DNA from: a virus
IMG/VR virus record: IMGVR_UViG_3300013426_000009
Location: 1-43,785 of that record
Direction: 5' to 3' (one strand)
DNA length: 43,785 nt
Under the pieces are notes generated by a model. It saw only the letters and a program-made list of their open reading frames with translations. It did no database searches and was not told where the DNA came from. Shown here in pieces: positions 43,397 to 43,785 of this stretch (its first letter is position 1; each line of letters opens with the position of its first letter). A program made the translations under genes and the position numbers.

Positions 43397-43755
43397 ACAT
43401 TCCCTCCGATCTTTCGTTGATAAATTTCTTCCAGTTTTTTTGTTGATGCCGTTCTCAAGCGGTTTTTCCAGTATCTGTTTTCCTGATCCGGCCATTTCTC
43501 GTCTGCAAAGTCGTCCGCGCAACCGTGCTTGTCATAGTAGCGATAGAGGCCGTCGAGCATTTCTTGTCGGTACGCGCCCTCCGGCGTGTTCGGGCGGAAA
43601 TGCTCCCACCCGTTTTCAGACGTGACGGCGCAAATCCGCCGCTCGTCAGCGGCAAAGAGAAAGCCGTCCCGCTCCGCGACAAGCGTCCCGTATCGGAGGT
43701 TAAACCCTCCGTCGATGCCCTCGGCCTTAAAGCGCCGATAGACGATATACTCCAT
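43384..43755 (-). CDS. Hypothetical protein (123 aa); its 5' end is repeated at 1..47
   Basis: RBS AAGGGAGGATAAAGCT precedes ATG 43755. The gene follows 106..528 across the circular junction. Confidence 0.75.
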   Translation of the reverse strand: MEYIVYRRFKAEGIDGGFNLRYGTLVAERDGFLFAADERRICAVTSENGWEHFRPNTPEGAYRQEMLDGLYRYYDKHGCADDFADEKWPDQENRYWKNRLRTASTKKLEEIYQRKIGGNVCTQ

Positions 43756-43785
43756 AGCTTTATCCTCCCTTGAATAATTCTCGAT
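43709..43785. repeat. Terminal overlap, identical to 1..77
   Basis: Same 77-mer as the window start. Confidence 0.95.

Overview
The window is a complete, circularly closed temperate phage genome. The first 77 bp are identical to the last 77 bp, so the unique length is about 43,708 bp. It is visibly GC-rich and uses strong GGAGG-type ribosome-binding sites. A large serine integrase and a Prp-type protease point to a Firmicute (Clostridia-like) host, but that host assignment is inference.

Almost everything is on the minus strand, in long translationally coupled operons with ATGA, GTGA and TGATG overlaps. Only the lysogeny module is on the plus strand (about 24.5-27.6 kb): a CI-like repressor, a membrane protein, a 48-aa ORF and the serine integrase.

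Reading the minus strand from the divergent switch at about 24.45 kb:
- Early genes: Cro-like, XRE HTH, Rha/ORF6C, micro-ORFs, YqaJ exonuclease, RecT, SSB, replisome organiser, DnaC-like loader, DUF1064 nuclease, four HTH genes, three methylase-type genes and several unknowns.
- Tandem terminators at about 11.55 kb.
- Late genes: TerS, TerL (frame-interrupted), portal, Prp-like protease, scaffold, N4-gp56-like capsid, a collagen-like fibre and a receptor-binding fibre.
- The late operon continues across the circular junction: more fibre and adaptor-like genes, a 528-aa hub-like protein, a 401-aa protein and a 2,880-aa polyvalent protein.
- Lysis cassette: membrane protein, two holins and an amidase.

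I found no tail tube, sheath, tail chaperone or ordinary tape-measure genes.

Most noteworthy observations:
- A C5 DNA methyltransferase whose motifs are circularly permuted (IV to X, then I-II).
- Duplicated 'HTH-ATGA-methylase' junctions with a 33-codon relic ORF.
- The 2,880-aa protein with two HExxHxxQE zincin modules.
- A bipartite motif, CCGTGGTGA-N16-TG(T/A)TA(C/G), found at exactly three late-operon entry points.
- A -1 frame break inside the TerL Walker A region.
- A Prp protease with matching L(N/S)LF(D/E)G propeptide motifs.
- A promoter-plus-terminator unit for a roughly 65-nt antisense RNA.
- A (G/S/Y/D)n low-complexity early protein.

All homology statements come from motif recognition by eye. 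No database search was run.
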